Positions 1 through 10,874 of a stretch of DNA of 64,000 bases are shown here, piece by piece (the stretch's first letter is position 1; the number at the start of each line of letters is the position of its first letter). Source of the DNA: an uncultured bacterium. Its GTDB lineage: Bacteria > Verrucomicrobiota > Verrucomicrobiia > Limisphaerales > UBA8199. The DNA is taken from positions 928,001-992,000 of the forward strand of contig CAVVMW010000006.1 of assembly GCA_963749495.1 (NCBI GenBank). The letters are read 5' to 3'. The translations under genes were made by a program, and so were the position numbers. The notes under the pieces were generated by a model, which saw only the letters and a program-made list of their open reading frames with translations, was not told the origin of the DNA and did not search any database.

Positions 1-2021
1 GAGACCGACATCTTCCGCCCGCTCTTCGACAAGATCGAGAAGCTGAGCGGAAAGCAGTACGGCTCAACCCTCCCGGCCCAGGGCGCCCTGCGCATGACCG
101 AGCCGGAGAAGATCGATGTCGCCTTCCGCGTCATCGCCGACCACATCCGCACGCTCAGCTTCGCCATTGCGGACGGCATCATTCCCTCGAACGAGGGCCG
201 GGGCTATGTCCTGCGCCGCATCCTGCGCCGGGCCGTGCGCTATGGCCGGTCGCTTGGTTTCCACGAACCGTTCTTCTACAAGCTGGTGGACGTGCTGGCC
301 TCTACGATGGGCGGTGTTTTCCCCGAGCTCCGCGCCCATAGAGACCACGTTGAGGCGGTCATCCAGCGCGAGGAGCATGCCTTCAACAAGACGCTGGACC
401 GGGGCATCGAACTGTTCAACGAGGTCGTCGCCTCGCTCCCCGCTGCGGCAAGAATGAGGCGCGACAAGGAAACGCCGAGGGCGGACGAAGGCAAAGAGAT
501 CCTCATGAGGCCGGAGTTTCCAGCCGCCCAGGCCTTCAAGCTCTACGACACCTACGGTTTCCCGCTCGACCTCACCGAACTGATGGCCCGCGAACGCGGC
601 CTCGTCGTGGATGTTCCTGGCTTCGATAAGCTGATGGACGAGCAGCGGGCCCGCGCCCGCGCCGCCCAGAAGAAACAAGTCATCGAATTGTCCGAAGTCG
701 AGACCAGCGCCGCGACTCAATTCGTCGGCTACGACAAGCTCGACACCCGCAACCGTGCTCGACGTTGTCGACATCAAAGGCAGGACCGCCGTCATCCTCG
801 ACACCTCGCCGCTCTACGCCGAAATGGGCGGCCAAGTCGGCGACATGGGTGAACTAGAGCACGACAGCGTGGTCCACCGTATCGTCGACACCCAAAAAGC
901 CGGTGACGCTTGGCTGCACTTTGTCGAAGTCCACAGTCCAGAGTCCACAGTCCACAGCCCACAGGCCTCAACCAAGGGCCAGGATGTCGAGTTGCCTGCG
1001 GTGGGGGACAGGGTGGAATTGGCAGTGGATCGTCCGCGCCGCGCCGCCATCCAGCGTCACCACACCGTCACCCATTTGCTGCATTGGGCCCTGCACGAGG
1101 TCGTCAGCCGGGACGCAACGCAAAAGGGCTCCTATGTGGGGCCGGACAAACTCACCTTCGATTTCGCCAGCGCCCCGCTCACGCCCGCCCAGGTGGCCGA
1201 CGTTCGAGCGCTTGGTCAACGAGCGCATCCTCGACAATGCCCCGGTGAGCTGGGTCGAGGTCAAATACAACCACATCAAGGACCGCAAGGACATCAGGCA
1301 GTTCTTCGGCGAGAAGTACGGCGACTGGGTGCGCGTGGTGCAGGTTGGCGGCGAGCCCACGAATTTGAACGGCTACTCGATGGAACTCTGCGGCGGCACG
1401 CACGTCCGCGCCACGGGCGAGATCGGCCTCTTCCGCATTGCCGCCGAGTCGGCCATCGCCGCCGGCATCCGGCGCATCGAGGCCGTTTCCGGGCTTGAGG
1501 CCTACCGCCGCGCCACGGACGAATTGCAACTCATCCGCAGCATCTCCGGCAAGGTCAATTCGCCCGTGGGCGAGCTCGAGAAGAAGATCGACACCCTGCT
1601 CGCGCAGCAGAAGGAACTCGAAAAGCAGCTCAAGGCCGTGCAACAAAAACAGGCCGCCGAGACCGCCCGCAGCCTGGTTGCCAAGGCCCAGACCCTCGGT
1701 TCCACGCGCGCCATCATCGAGGACCTCGGCGCCGCCGACGGCGACTTCCTGCAAGCCGTGGCCGACGGGCTCAAAGGCCAGTTCAAGGGCGTGGTCGTGC
1801 TCGGGGGGGCCGCAAACAAGGCGGTTGCCCTGCTCGCCACCGTTTCGTTCGATCTGACCAAACAATTCCAGGCCGGAAAGCTCATCCAGGCCATTGCCCC
1901 GATTGTGGGCGGCAAAGGCGGCGGACGCCCCGACAACGCCCGAGGCGGAGGCAAGGAGGTGAGCAAACTGGACGCGGCGCTGGCCAGGGCGGGGGAGATC
2001 ATCAAGGGCGGGGCGAAGTGA
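1..2021 (+). CDS. alaS: Alanyl-tRNA synthetase (5'-truncated by window; frameshifts ~750 and ~1200)
   Basis: Motifs RVIADHIR, GRGYVLRRILRRA, FKLYDTYGFP, HHTVTHLLH, ELCGGTHV and GGKGGG are spread over three consecutive frames. Confidence 0.97.
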
Positions 2022-2032
2022 TGGACTGGGAA

Positions 2033-2064
2033 ATGACGAATGACGAATGACGAATGACGAATGA
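2033..2064 (+). repeat. (ATGACGA)n heptamer tandem array
   Basis: About 4 units just after the alaS stop. The same unit occurs at 3293-3323 (reverse), 32678-32705, 46220-46254 and 56713-56750. Confidence 0.9.
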
Positions 2065-2144
2065 GGTCCAGAAGGTGATTCGGGCCCCGGCTGAAATCTA
2101 AATCAAGGTTGTGTTGGCCCACCCGCTGTGCCAAGCTACTCTCG

Positions 2145-2441
2145 ATGAGACCGACTGCAGCCAACCGAAGCTATGTCGCCCGGGTTCACCGCATTTTCCG
2201 CCGGTTGCGCGGAGCGCGGGGCATCGACGAGGATGGGTTGATGCAACACGCCATGTTTCTCGCAAAATCCCCTGACGAACGATGCCGGATCAGCATCCAG
2301 ACAGCCCGCTCGGCGCTTTCCTTGCAGCGCTCCGGGAAGCGCAGAAAAGACCTGATGGTGCTACCGATCCTGGAGCAGAGTCTCCGTCTGGCGCGCCGCC
2401 TCAAATCACCCCGGCGCCCACGCAAACAATCCGGCGCATAA
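2145..2441 (+). pseudogene. Small gene plus internally deleted nucleotidyltransferase-like partner (TA-like relic)
   Basis: Small ORF from 2145 with an overlapping start at 2282 (MPDQHPDSPLGAFLAALREAQ) joined abruptly to a KDLMVLPILEQSLR tail resembling the C-terminus of small nucleotidyltransferases. Confidence 0.45.
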
Positions 2442-2454
2442 TCGCCGCCGCCCA

Positions 2455-3105
2455 TCAGGCCGAGCTCCCGGACAACGCCAGGTCCCTCCCGCGCGGCACC
2501 CGTTCGATGTGATAGACCAGGAAGTCGTGCAGGAATTGCCGCACCTCCGTCGCTTGTGGCCCGGTCGCCTTGAGACGCGCGATTGCCGCCCAATCCTCGT
2601 CGGTCAGCGCCTTGACGATGTCCCTGGCCCCGGCACTCAGCCGGGTCTGGGCCAGGTCGGGCGCAAGTCCCAGCTCGCGCAATAGCTTGAGTTCGAATGC
2701 CAGGACGGTGCGGGGCTGGGGCGGTTGGCGCGGCAGCGCTTCGAGCAGCGAGCGGAGCAACTCGAAGACCTCCGGCAGCGGCGTTTCGGTCTCGGTCGTC
2801 TGCTCGATCAACTGGGCGCAATAGGCGGCCTGCCGGAAATGCCCCAAGTCCTGCCGCAGCGCCCGGTGCGTTTGGCGCAGGCTCACCTCCCTCAGCGTGT
2901 GCAGGTCTGAGCGGCGGCTCCGGCTGAAGCTGAACTCGGCCAAATAGAACAGATCGAGCGTTCCCCGGAACGGGGAGGCGGGCCGCCGCGCTCCTTTGGC
3001 CACAGTCGCCAGCCGCCCCTGGGCCGGTGTGAGCCAATGCACGATCAGGCTCGTCTCGGTCAGCAGCCGCGTCCTGAGCACCAGCCCGATGGCGTTCTCA
3101 ATCAC
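2455..3105 (-). CDS. recO: DNA repair protein RecO
   Basis: GLVLRTRLLTETSLIVHWLT...GRLATVAKGARR and FELKLLRELGLAP; GTG start at 3105. Confidence 0.93.
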   Translation of the reverse strand: MIENAIGLVLRTRLLTETSLIVHWLTPAQGRLATVAKGARRPASPFRGTLDLFYLAEFSFSRSRRSDLHTLREVSLRQTHRALRQDLGHFRQAAYCAQLIEQTTETETPLPEVFELLRSLLEALPRQPPQPRTVLAFELKLLRELGLAPDLAQTRLSAGARDIVKALTDEDWAAIARLKATGPQATEVRQFLHDFLVYHIERVPRGRDLALSGSSA

Positions 3106-3410
3106 CGCCCCGGAATGTAACGATCTTGCCCGCCGGCTCAAGCTCAAGCCGGATCGGCGCGGCGATTCCCTGAACCGCAGCCAAGCCCGCAAGGTTTTGG
3201 ACTGCGCCAGTCCTCTGGCGCTTTCGCCTTCCCAGCAGTCCAAAACGCTGCGCGCCCTGGTTCGTCCCTCCTCCGTCCTTCATCCTCCGGTTTCGTCATT
3301 CGTCATTCGTCATTCGTCATTCCGTCTCGCTTGACTTCGCCCATATCCCCCCTGTTTAATACCGCCGGTTCTGTGGGCGCCACGCCTGTCCCGCAACACG
3401 ATACACTGCG

Positions 3411-5906
3411 ATGAACTCAACGCGATACAATCGTCACCCGGCTCTGCTCGTGAGCGTGGGCCTGCTGGCCATTCTCTGTTTTCAATCCCGGATTTTGTGT
3501 TTGGCTGATCCCGATGTCGCAGCCAAGGTGGTGGCCGCACCGCCCGCCACGCCGGGCACTGCGCTCTACACCGCCAACCGCCAGCCGCTGACGCCCAGCC
3601 CCTTGGTCAAACTGCCCATCGGCAGCATCATCCCCAAGGGCTGGCTGCGGTTCCAACTCCAGCTCGAGGCCGACGGCATGACCGGCCATCTGGAGGAGCT
3701 CTCGCAGTGGTGCAAGTTCCAGGACAGCGCCTGGGCCTCGCCCAACGGCCAGGGCAAATTCGGCTGGGAAGAACTGCCCTATTGGCTCAAGGGCTACGGC
3801 GACCTGGGCTACGTGCTCAAGGACTCGAAGCTCATCGCCGGTGCCCGCAAATGGATCAATGCCACCCTGGCCAGCCAGGAGCCCGACGGTTACTTCGGCC
3901 CGCGCGCCAACAAGACCGGCCTGGATGGCTACCCCAACCTCTGGCCCCACATGGTCATGCTCAACGTCCTGCAGTCCTTCTACGAATTTACTGGGGACGA
4001 GCGCGTCATCCCCTTCATGACCAAGTACCTCAAGTGGCTCAACGCCCAGCCGCCCGAGACCTTCGGCCGCGGGTATTGGCCCAAAATCCGTTTCGGCGAC
4101 ACTCTCGAGTCGGCCCACTGGCTCTATAATCGCACCGGCGGGGCCTGGCTGCTGGATTTGGGCAGGAAGATCCACGACAACATGGCCCGCTGGGACTCCG
4201 GCGTCATCAACTGGCACAACGTGAATATCTCCCAGGGCTTCCGCGAGCCCGGCGTCTATTACCAGCAGGCCCACGACGAAACATTCCTCCGCGCCGCCGA
4301 GCGCAACTACCAGACCGTGATGGGCCTCTACGGGCAGTTCCCGGGCGGCGGGTTCGCCGGCGATGAGAATTGCCGCCCGGGCTACACCGATCCCAGGCAG
4401 GGCTTCGAGACCTGCGGCATCGTCGAGTTCATGCACAGCTTCGAGATGCTCGCCAAGATCTCCGGCAACCCGCTCTGGGCCGACCGTTGCGAGGAGCTGG
4501 CCTTCAACTCGCTGCCGGCGGCCCTGACACCCGACCTCAAGGCGCTTCATTACCTGACCTGCGCCAACCAGGTCCAACTCGACCGGGACAACAAGTCACC
4601 CGGCGTCGAAAACGGCGGCACGATGTTCTCCTACAGCCCCTACGCGGTTTATCGCTGCTGCCAGCACAACGTCTCCCACGGCTGGCCCTATTTCGCCGAG
4701 GAACTCTGGCTGGCCACGCCCGACGGCGGCCTCTGCGCCTCCCTCTATGCCTCGAGCGAGGTCACGGCCAAGGCCGGCAGCGGCTCCAACGTCACCCTCG
4801 CCGAAGACACCGACTACCCGTTCGGCCAGAGCGTCGAACTCAAGCTCGCGGCCGCCCAGCCAACCCGCTTCCCGCTCTACCTGCGCATCCCCCGCTGGTG
4901 TTCGGGCGCCTCCGTGGCCCTCAACGGCCAACCGGTCAACCTCGAACCGAGGCCCCTGGCTTATGCCGTCCTGGACCGCACTTGGAACGACGGCGACCGC
5001 GTCTCGCTGCGCCTGCCCATGCGCGTCTCCCTGCGCAAATGGGAGAAGAACCAGAACGCCGTTTCCGTGGACTACGGCCCTCTGACCTTCTCGCTCAAGA
5101 TCGGCGAGCGCTACGTCCGCTACGGGGGCACGCCCGCCTGGCCGGAGACAGAGGTCTTTCCCACCACGCCTTGGAATTACGGCCTGGCCCTCGATGACCA
5201 GGACCCGGCCAAGTCCTTCGAGGTTGCCCAGAAGCCCGGCGCCCTGGCACTGAACCCATTCACGGCAGAAAGCGCGCCGGTCGAAATCCGCGCCCATGCC
5301 AGGAAGATCCCCGCCTGGAAACAGGACAGGCTTGGCCTGGTGGGCAAGCTCCAGCCCAGCCCGGTCAAGTCCGACGAACCCGTCGAGACCGTCACGCTCA
5401 TCCCCATGGGCGCTGCCCGGTTGCGCATCACCGCCTTCCCGGTAATCGGCCAGGCCGCCGACGCCCACACATGGACCGCTCCCAAAGCGCCCCCGGTCTT
5501 CGCCTCGCACTGCAACGAAGGCGACACCGTCGAGGCCATGATCAACGGCCTGGAACCCAAGAACTCGAACGACCACTCGATTCCCCGCTTTACCTGGTGG
5601 TCCCATTGCGGCACCGCCGAGTGGGTCCAGTATGATCTCGGCAAGGCTCGCAACGTCTCCGCCGTGGAAGTCTATTGGTTCGACGATACCGGCGTCGGCA
5701 GTTGCCGCGTGCCCGCCTCCTGGAAGCTCCTCTACCAGGAGGGCGAGAGCTGGAAGCCAGCGGCCGATGCCTCCGAGTACGGCGTCAAGGCCGACGCCTA
5801 TAACCGTGTCACCTTCAAGCCTGTCCAAACCACCGGCCTGCGCCTGGAAGTCCAGCTCCAACCCAATTTCTCCGGCGGCATCCTCCAGTGGAAAGTCAAA
5901 GAGTGA
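3411..5906 (+). CDS. Secreted GH127/GH146-like beta-L-arabinofuranosidase with C-terminal discoidin (F5/8-like) domain
   Basis: Signal peptide, GWEELPYWL, ETCGIVEFMHS, CCQHN, LYLRIPRW, LIPMGAARLRIT; C-terminal EWVQYDLG...VYWFDD. Confidence 0.85.
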   Translation: MNSTRYNRHPALLVSVGLLAILCFQSRILCLADPDVAAKVVAAPPATPGTALYTANRQPLTPSPLVKLPIGSIIPKGWLRFQLQLEADGMTGHLEELSQWCKFQDSAWASPNGQGKFGWEELPYWLKGYGDLGYVLKDSKLIAGARKWINATLASQEPDGYFGPRANKTGLDGYPNLWPHMVMLNVLQSFYEFTGDERVIPFMTKYLKWLNAQPPETFGRGYWPKIRFGDTLESAHWLYNRTGGAWLLDLGRKIHDNMARWDSGVINWHNVNISQGFREPGVYYQQAHDETFLRAAERNYQTVMGLYGQFPGGGFAGDENCRPGYTDPRQGFETCGIVEFMHSFEMLAKISGNPLWADRCEELAFNSLPAALTPDLKALHYLTCANQVQLDRDNKSPGVENGGTMFSYSPYAVYRCCQHNVSHGWPYFAEELWLATPDGGLCASLYASSEVTAKAGSGSNVTLAEDTDYPFGQSVELKLAAAQPTRFPLYLRIPRWCSGASVALNGQPVNLEPRPLAYAVLDRTWNDGDRVSLRLPMRVSLRKWEKNQNAVSVDYGPLTFSLKIGERYVRYGGTPAWPETEVFPTTPWNYGLALDDQDPAKSFEVAQKPGALALNPFTAESAPVEIRAHARKIPAWKQDRLGLVGKLQPSPVKSDEPVETVTLIPMGAARLRITAFPVIGQAADAHTWTAPKAPPVFASHCNEGDTVEAMINGLEPKNSNDHSIPRFTWWSHCGTAEWVQYDLGKARNVSAVEVYWFDDTGVGSCRVPASWKLLYQEGESWKPAADASEYGVKADAYNRVTFKPVQTTGLRLEVQLQPNFSGGILQWKVKE

Positions 5907-6001
5907 GGACCGGCGGCCGTGTGACGCCGGCGCTCTTCCGGCGCGCTCGTCCCTTTCGTCCCTTATCACTGCGGCTCTGCTCATCGCGTGGCGATGATAT
6001 G

Positions 6002-6192
6002 AAGGTAGCCGTGTGGCTTCAGCCCACGGAAAAGGGTCTTAGCCAGAGGGGTCGCGTCGCGTAGCGACGCCTTAGCCGCCCACGCCCTCGGCGCCACAGG
6101 CCGTTTCACGCGTCGCTACGCAACGCAGGTGATTTCTGGTTGTGGCTCCCGTGGACTGAAGTCCACGGCTACCCTCAGGCACCGCTACGCGG
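6002..6192. repeat. REP-like palindromic doublet
   Basis: GGTAGCCGTGTGGCTTCAGCCCACGG pairs with CCGTGGACTGAAGTCCACGGCTACC; internal CGTCGCGTAGCGACG hairpin. Confidence 0.8.
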
Positions 6193-6347
6193 TGACAAGC
6201 GGGCGCGAGACAGGATTCTTCCCACGCTGGGTCTGATTTGTTTTAGCCTTTGTGGTCAAATTACGACAGAGTTTTCGGAATTTGGGCGGAGGGTGACTAG
6301 ACCTATCACTCTGGCAGCCAATACGTTATGCGGTTCCACCTCTCGGT

Positions 6348-6363
6348 TGGCATGGCGGTTGCA
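6348..6363 (+). promoter_or_regulatory. Sigma54 (-24/-12) promoter of glnB-amtB
   Basis: TGGCAT-GGCGG-TTGCA with GG and GC 12 nt apart, ~105 nt upstream of the glnB ATG. Confidence 0.8.
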
Positions 6364-6438
6364 GCCACGCTCGATTGGTCGCCGCTACCGCCTCACTCGA
6401 ACCATGATCAGGGCACGGGCAATCATAGTGTGTTCTGA

Positions 6439-6807
<369 letters not shown>

Positions 6808-6871
6808 GGCCGGTCGCGGGGTCATAGATCTCCAGGCAACCCTAACCATAGCATTCCATTACAAGACACCC

Positions 6872-8380
6872 ATGAAAAACCTCCTTCTCGCGCTCAGTTT
6901 GGCGGCGGTCGTGCTGTGCGGCGGTCCGGCGGCAGTGCCGGCGGCCGCGGCAGAACGCTCGGTAGCGGAGCGGCTTGATGATATCGAGGCCTATATCAAC
7001 AACGGTTCGCGCAACGCCAGCACCAACGGCACCTGCAAGATCCCCGGCCCCGGCCCGGGCCATAACGGCTGGATGATGACCAGCTCGGCGCTGGTCCTCT
7101 TCATGACCCTGCCCGGCCTGGCGCTGTTCTATGGCGGGTTGGTCCGCCGCAAGAACGTGCTCTCGGTCCTGGCGCAATGCCTGGGGATTGCGGGCCTGGT
7201 GACCATTCTCTGGTGGCTGTGCGGCTACTCGCTGGCCTTCCATAGCGGGGAAACGTCCAGGGGTTGGTCCATCGTGGGCACATTGGATTGGAGCTTCTTG
7301 AAGGGCGTGGACTGGACGCCCAACGCGGATTACGGGGCCTGGGTGTCGCACTCCGTCTATGCGATGTACCAGCTCATGTTTGCCATCATCACCCCGGCGC
7401 TCATCATTGGCGCCATAGCCGAGCGGATGAGATATGCGGCGATCCTCCTGTTCGTCGCCGCGTGGATGTTCGTCGTTTATTTTCCGCTGGCGCACATGAT
7501 CTGGGGCGTGGACGGCATGATGAACGGTGTCTGGAACGCGAAGGCGCCGATTCGCGCCATCGATTTCGCGGGCGGCACGGTGGTACACATGTCCTCGGGC
7601 TGGTCGGCCCTGATTCTGTGCCTGGTCCTGGGCAAGCGGCTGGGTTTCGGCAAGGAACCGATGCCGCCGCACAGCATGGTGCTGTGCATGGTGGGGACTG
7701 GCATGCTGTGGGTCGGTTGGTACGGCTTCAACGCGGGCAGCGCCGTTGGGGCCGACCGGATAGCGGCCAATGCCTTCACGGCCACGACGCTGGCGACGGC
7801 GGTGGCGTCCTTCACCTGGGCGATGGCCGAATACATCACGCGGGGCAAGCCGAGCGTGCTGGGTTTTTGCTCCGGGGTTGTCGCGGGGTTGGTGGTGATT
7901 ACGCCGGCGTGCGGGTTCGTCACTTCGACCGGGGCGGTCATTATCGGCGTGGCGGCCGGCCTGGTGCCTTTCTTCGCTTGCTGGAAGATCAAGGCCTGGT
8001 TCGGCTATGACGATGCCCTGGACACCTTCGGCGTCCATGCCGTGGGCGGGACCTTGGGGGCATTGCTGACGGGGTTCCTGGCCAGCGCGGCCGCCAACCC
8101 GAACCTGGCCAATAACCTGGCAGAGGTTGGAAACAAGCTCGAGGCCGCCAATCCCGCCACCCAGAATGGGTTGGCAGACCTCGTCGCCCATGGCCAGCTT
8201 TGGATGGAGCAACTCAAGGCCATCGGCGTAACGCTCTGCCTGGCCGTTGTCGGCACAACCATCATTGCTTACGCCCTCAAGGTGGTCATTGGCCTGGGCG
8301 TGTCGCCCGAGGTCGAAACATCCGGGCTTGACTTGGTCGAACATGGCGAGGAGGGTTATCACTCAGCGGGCCAATTCTAG
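6872..8380 (+). CDS. amtB: Ammonium transporter
   Basis: LVLFMTLPGLALFYGG, DFAGGTVVH, LWVGWYGFNAGS, DDALDTFGVH. Confidence 0.97.
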   Translation: MKNLLLALSLAAVVLCGGPAAVPAAAAERSVAERLDDIEAYINNGSRNASTNGTCKIPGPGPGHNGWMMTSSALVLFMTLPGLALFYGGLVRRKNVLSVLAQCLGIAGLVTILWWLCGYSLAFHSGETSRGWSIVGTLDWSFLKGVDWTPNADYGAWVSHSVYAMYQLMFAIITPALIIGAIAERMRYAAILLFVAAWMFVVYFPLAHMIWGVDGMMNGVWNAKAPIRAIDFAGGTVVHMSSGWSALILCLVLGKRLGFGKEPMPPHSMVLCMVGTGMLWVGWYGFNAGSAVGADRIAANAFTATTLATAVASFTWAMAEYITRGKPSVLGFCSGVVAGLVVITPACGFVTSTGAVIIGVAAGLVPFFACWKIKAWFGYDDALDTFGVHAVGGTLGALLTGFLASAAANPNLANNLAEVGNKLEAANPATQNGLADLVAHGQLWMEQLKAIGVTLCLAVVGTTIIAYALKVVIGLGVSPEVETSGLDLVEHGEEGYHSAGQF

Positions 8381-8499
8381 GCATAGAAACAGGATTTAGC
8401 GGGGCGGTGGTCCCAGCCAACTCACTCCACAGACGCAGACGGACGGGCCCCGCGATAGCAGGAAAAACCTCAGTACAGCATAATCAACCAAAGAAAGAA

Positions 8500-9912
8500 A
8501 TGAGCACACCCAAGAGCGTAATCGAATTAGCCAAGAAGAACGGCGCCAAGATGCTCGACATCAAGTTCGTCGACACCTTCGGCACCTGGCAGCACTTCAC
8601 CTGTCCGATCCGGGAATTGACCGAAGAGGTCTTCACTGAGGGCCTGGGATTCGATGGATCCAGCATCCGGGGATGGAAGAGCATCGAGGCCAGCGACATG
8701 CTGGCGATGCCCGACCCGGCCACCGCGTTTATGGATCCGTTCATCGCCGAGCCGACCCTCTCGCTGACCTGCACCGCGGCGGAGACGGGCACGCGCGAGC
8801 TTTACACCCGCGACCCGCGCGGCATCGCCCAGCGCGCCGAGAAATACCTGGCCAGCACCGGCATCGGCGACGCCGCCTATTTCGGCCCGAGGCGGAGTTC
8901 TTCATCTTCGATAACGTCCAGTTCGACCACAAATCCAACGGCACGTTCTACGCCATCGATTCTGATGAGGGCATCTGGAACACGGGCCGGGACGAGGCGC
9001 CCAACCTGGGCTACAAGCTCCGGCACAAGGAAGGCTACTTCCCCGTGGCCCCGGCCGACCAACTGACCGACATCCGCACCGAGATGATGCTGGTGATGGA
9101 GCAGTTGGGCCTTGTCATCGAAAAGGGGCACCACGAAGTCGCCACCGCCGGCCAGGCCGAGATCGATTACCGGTTCGAGACCCTGCTCAAATCGGCGGAC
9201 CAGATGATGGTCTATCGGTACGTGGTCAAGAACGTCGCCCGCCGCCACGGAAAGACGGCCACGTTCATGCCCAAACCGCTCTTCGGCGACAACGGCAGCG
9301 GCATGCACACCCACCAGAGCGTTCTGGAAAAAGGGCAAGCCCCTCTTTGCCGGCAACGAATACGCCGGCCTGAGCAAGCTGGCCCTCAACTACATCGGCG
9401 GCCTCCTCAAACACGCCCATGCCCTGTGCGCCTTCTGCAGCCCTACCACCAACAGCTACAAGCGCCTGGTCCCAGGCTACGAAGCCCCCGTCAACCTCGC
9501 CTACTCCTCCCGTAACCGCTCCGCCTGCATCCGCATCCCCACCTACAGCGAAAGCCCCAAGGCCAAGCGCCTGGAATACCGCCCCCCCGACCCCGCCGCC
9601 AATCCCTACCTCGCCTTCGCCGCCATGCTCATGGCCGGCCTGGACGGCATTCTCAACAAGATCGACCCGGGCGAGCCCATGGACAAGAACCTCTACGAAC
9701 TGCCGCCCGAGGAGATGGCCAAGGTGCCCCAGATCCTCGGCAGCCTCGAAGAGGCCATCACCGCCCTGGAGAAAGACCACGAATTCCTCCTCAAGGGCGA
9801 CGTCTTCAGCAGGGACTTTATCGATATGTGGATCGCGGCCAAGCGCAAGGAGCACGACGCCCTGCGCCTGCGCCCGCATCCCTATGAGTTCTTCCTCTAC
9901 TACGACGTGTAG
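8500..9912 (+). CDS. glnA: Glutamine synthetase type I (frameshifts ~8885 and ~9320)
   Basis: [61 protein letters not shown]. Confidence 0.96.
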
Positions 9913-9990
9913 CAGAGGACGCTCGGGGTAAGTCCAACGGCGCGGACGCAGGTCCGCGCCGTTGCCTTGCCGAGGGGCGAGGGGCGAGGG
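9912..9990 (+). repeat. ~75-bp direct repeat copy 1 (copy 2 at 13305-13380), running into a (GCGAGGG)n array
   Basis: GCAGAGGACGCTCGGGGTAAGTC..ACGGCGCGGACGCA..CCGCGC.GTTGCCTT.CCGAGGGGCGAGGGGCGA at both sites. Confidence 0.85.
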
Positions 9991-10057
9991 GCGAGGGGCG
10001 AGGGGCGAGGGGCGAGGTACGAGGGACGAGCGTATGTGCCAGGTAGCACTGCGGGAG

Positions 10058-10282
10058 AGGCAACCCGGAGGGTTGCCAGAAGGTAGCCGGGGGTCGCGGC
10101 CTCACCGCGACCCCCGGTTGAACGCGTCGAACGCCCTGCACCCCGGATGGGGTGCCAGAAAGGAGCGTCCGTCCGGGTGAGCCTCTGGCATCCCTCCGGG
10201 ATGCAAACGCACACCGCCCTTGAACCGGGGGTCTCGCTGCGCTTCGACCCCCGGCTACCTTCTCTCATCCCTCCGGGATGAA
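10058..10282. repeat. REP-like palindromic doublet (CCCGGAGGG family)
   Basis: CAACCCGGAGGGTTG and CATCCCTCCGGGATG hairpins; GGTAGCCGGGGGTCG pairs with CGACCCCCGGCTACC. Confidence 0.8.
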
Positions 10283-10339
10283 CCTGGGAAGCCGGAGTCA
10301 CGTCCCGTCGCTTTCCCCGGGCTGGTGGCGATGTCGAGA

Positions 10340-10800
10340 TGCGCCCCCTCGCCCCTGCCGCTGGCGCCCGTCTCAGGGGCAGGCCTGGCGGTTCGGCACA
10401 ACGGCCAGTTCGGCCTCGTGCCGGGGCGCAATCGGCTCGCCACGGGGTTTGAAGGGCGGACTTGCCCGCAAAAAAATATGCCACCGGCGCCCGGCGCGCC
10501 TTGGGGCCAATTGGGCGCGGGTGCGGGCGTCCAGGAGAACGCGGGGTTTGTCCAAATCGCCTGCTCGCAGAAGCGCTGCAGAGTCGTGGAGGGGCAGACG
10601 CTGGCCGAGGCAGCCCGTCTTTGGAATGAGCCGCGGTTCTCTCAAGCCAAGTGAAGCCGACCTCCGATGTTGTTGCCTGCGTTTCTCCCCGCCGCTGGTG
10701 CCTATGTCCGGGCTGGCCTGGCGGTTCGGCACTGCCGCCGATTCGACCTCGTGCCGGGGCGCAACCGGCTCGCCACGGGGTTTGATTGGGCTGCCTTGCC
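10340..10800 (+). repeat. Two diverged ~120-bp direct repeats (about 10340-10460 and 10685-10800)
   Basis: Shared GGCCTGGCGGTTCGGCAC...TTCG.CCTCGTGCCGGGGCGCAA.CGGCTCGCCACGGGGTTTGA. Confidence 0.8.
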
Positions 10801-10874
10801 AAAGGGAGGCCGCGGCGGGCGCCGGGCGGTTTATAGGCCGAGACGGCGCGTGCCTGGGCCGGGCCAGGGCCGTG

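Noticed and set aside
9962..10870. Several 100-360-aa ORFs downstream of glnA
   Set aside because: They are translations of GC-rich repeats with Arg/Pro/Gly-biased composition and no recognisable motifs.
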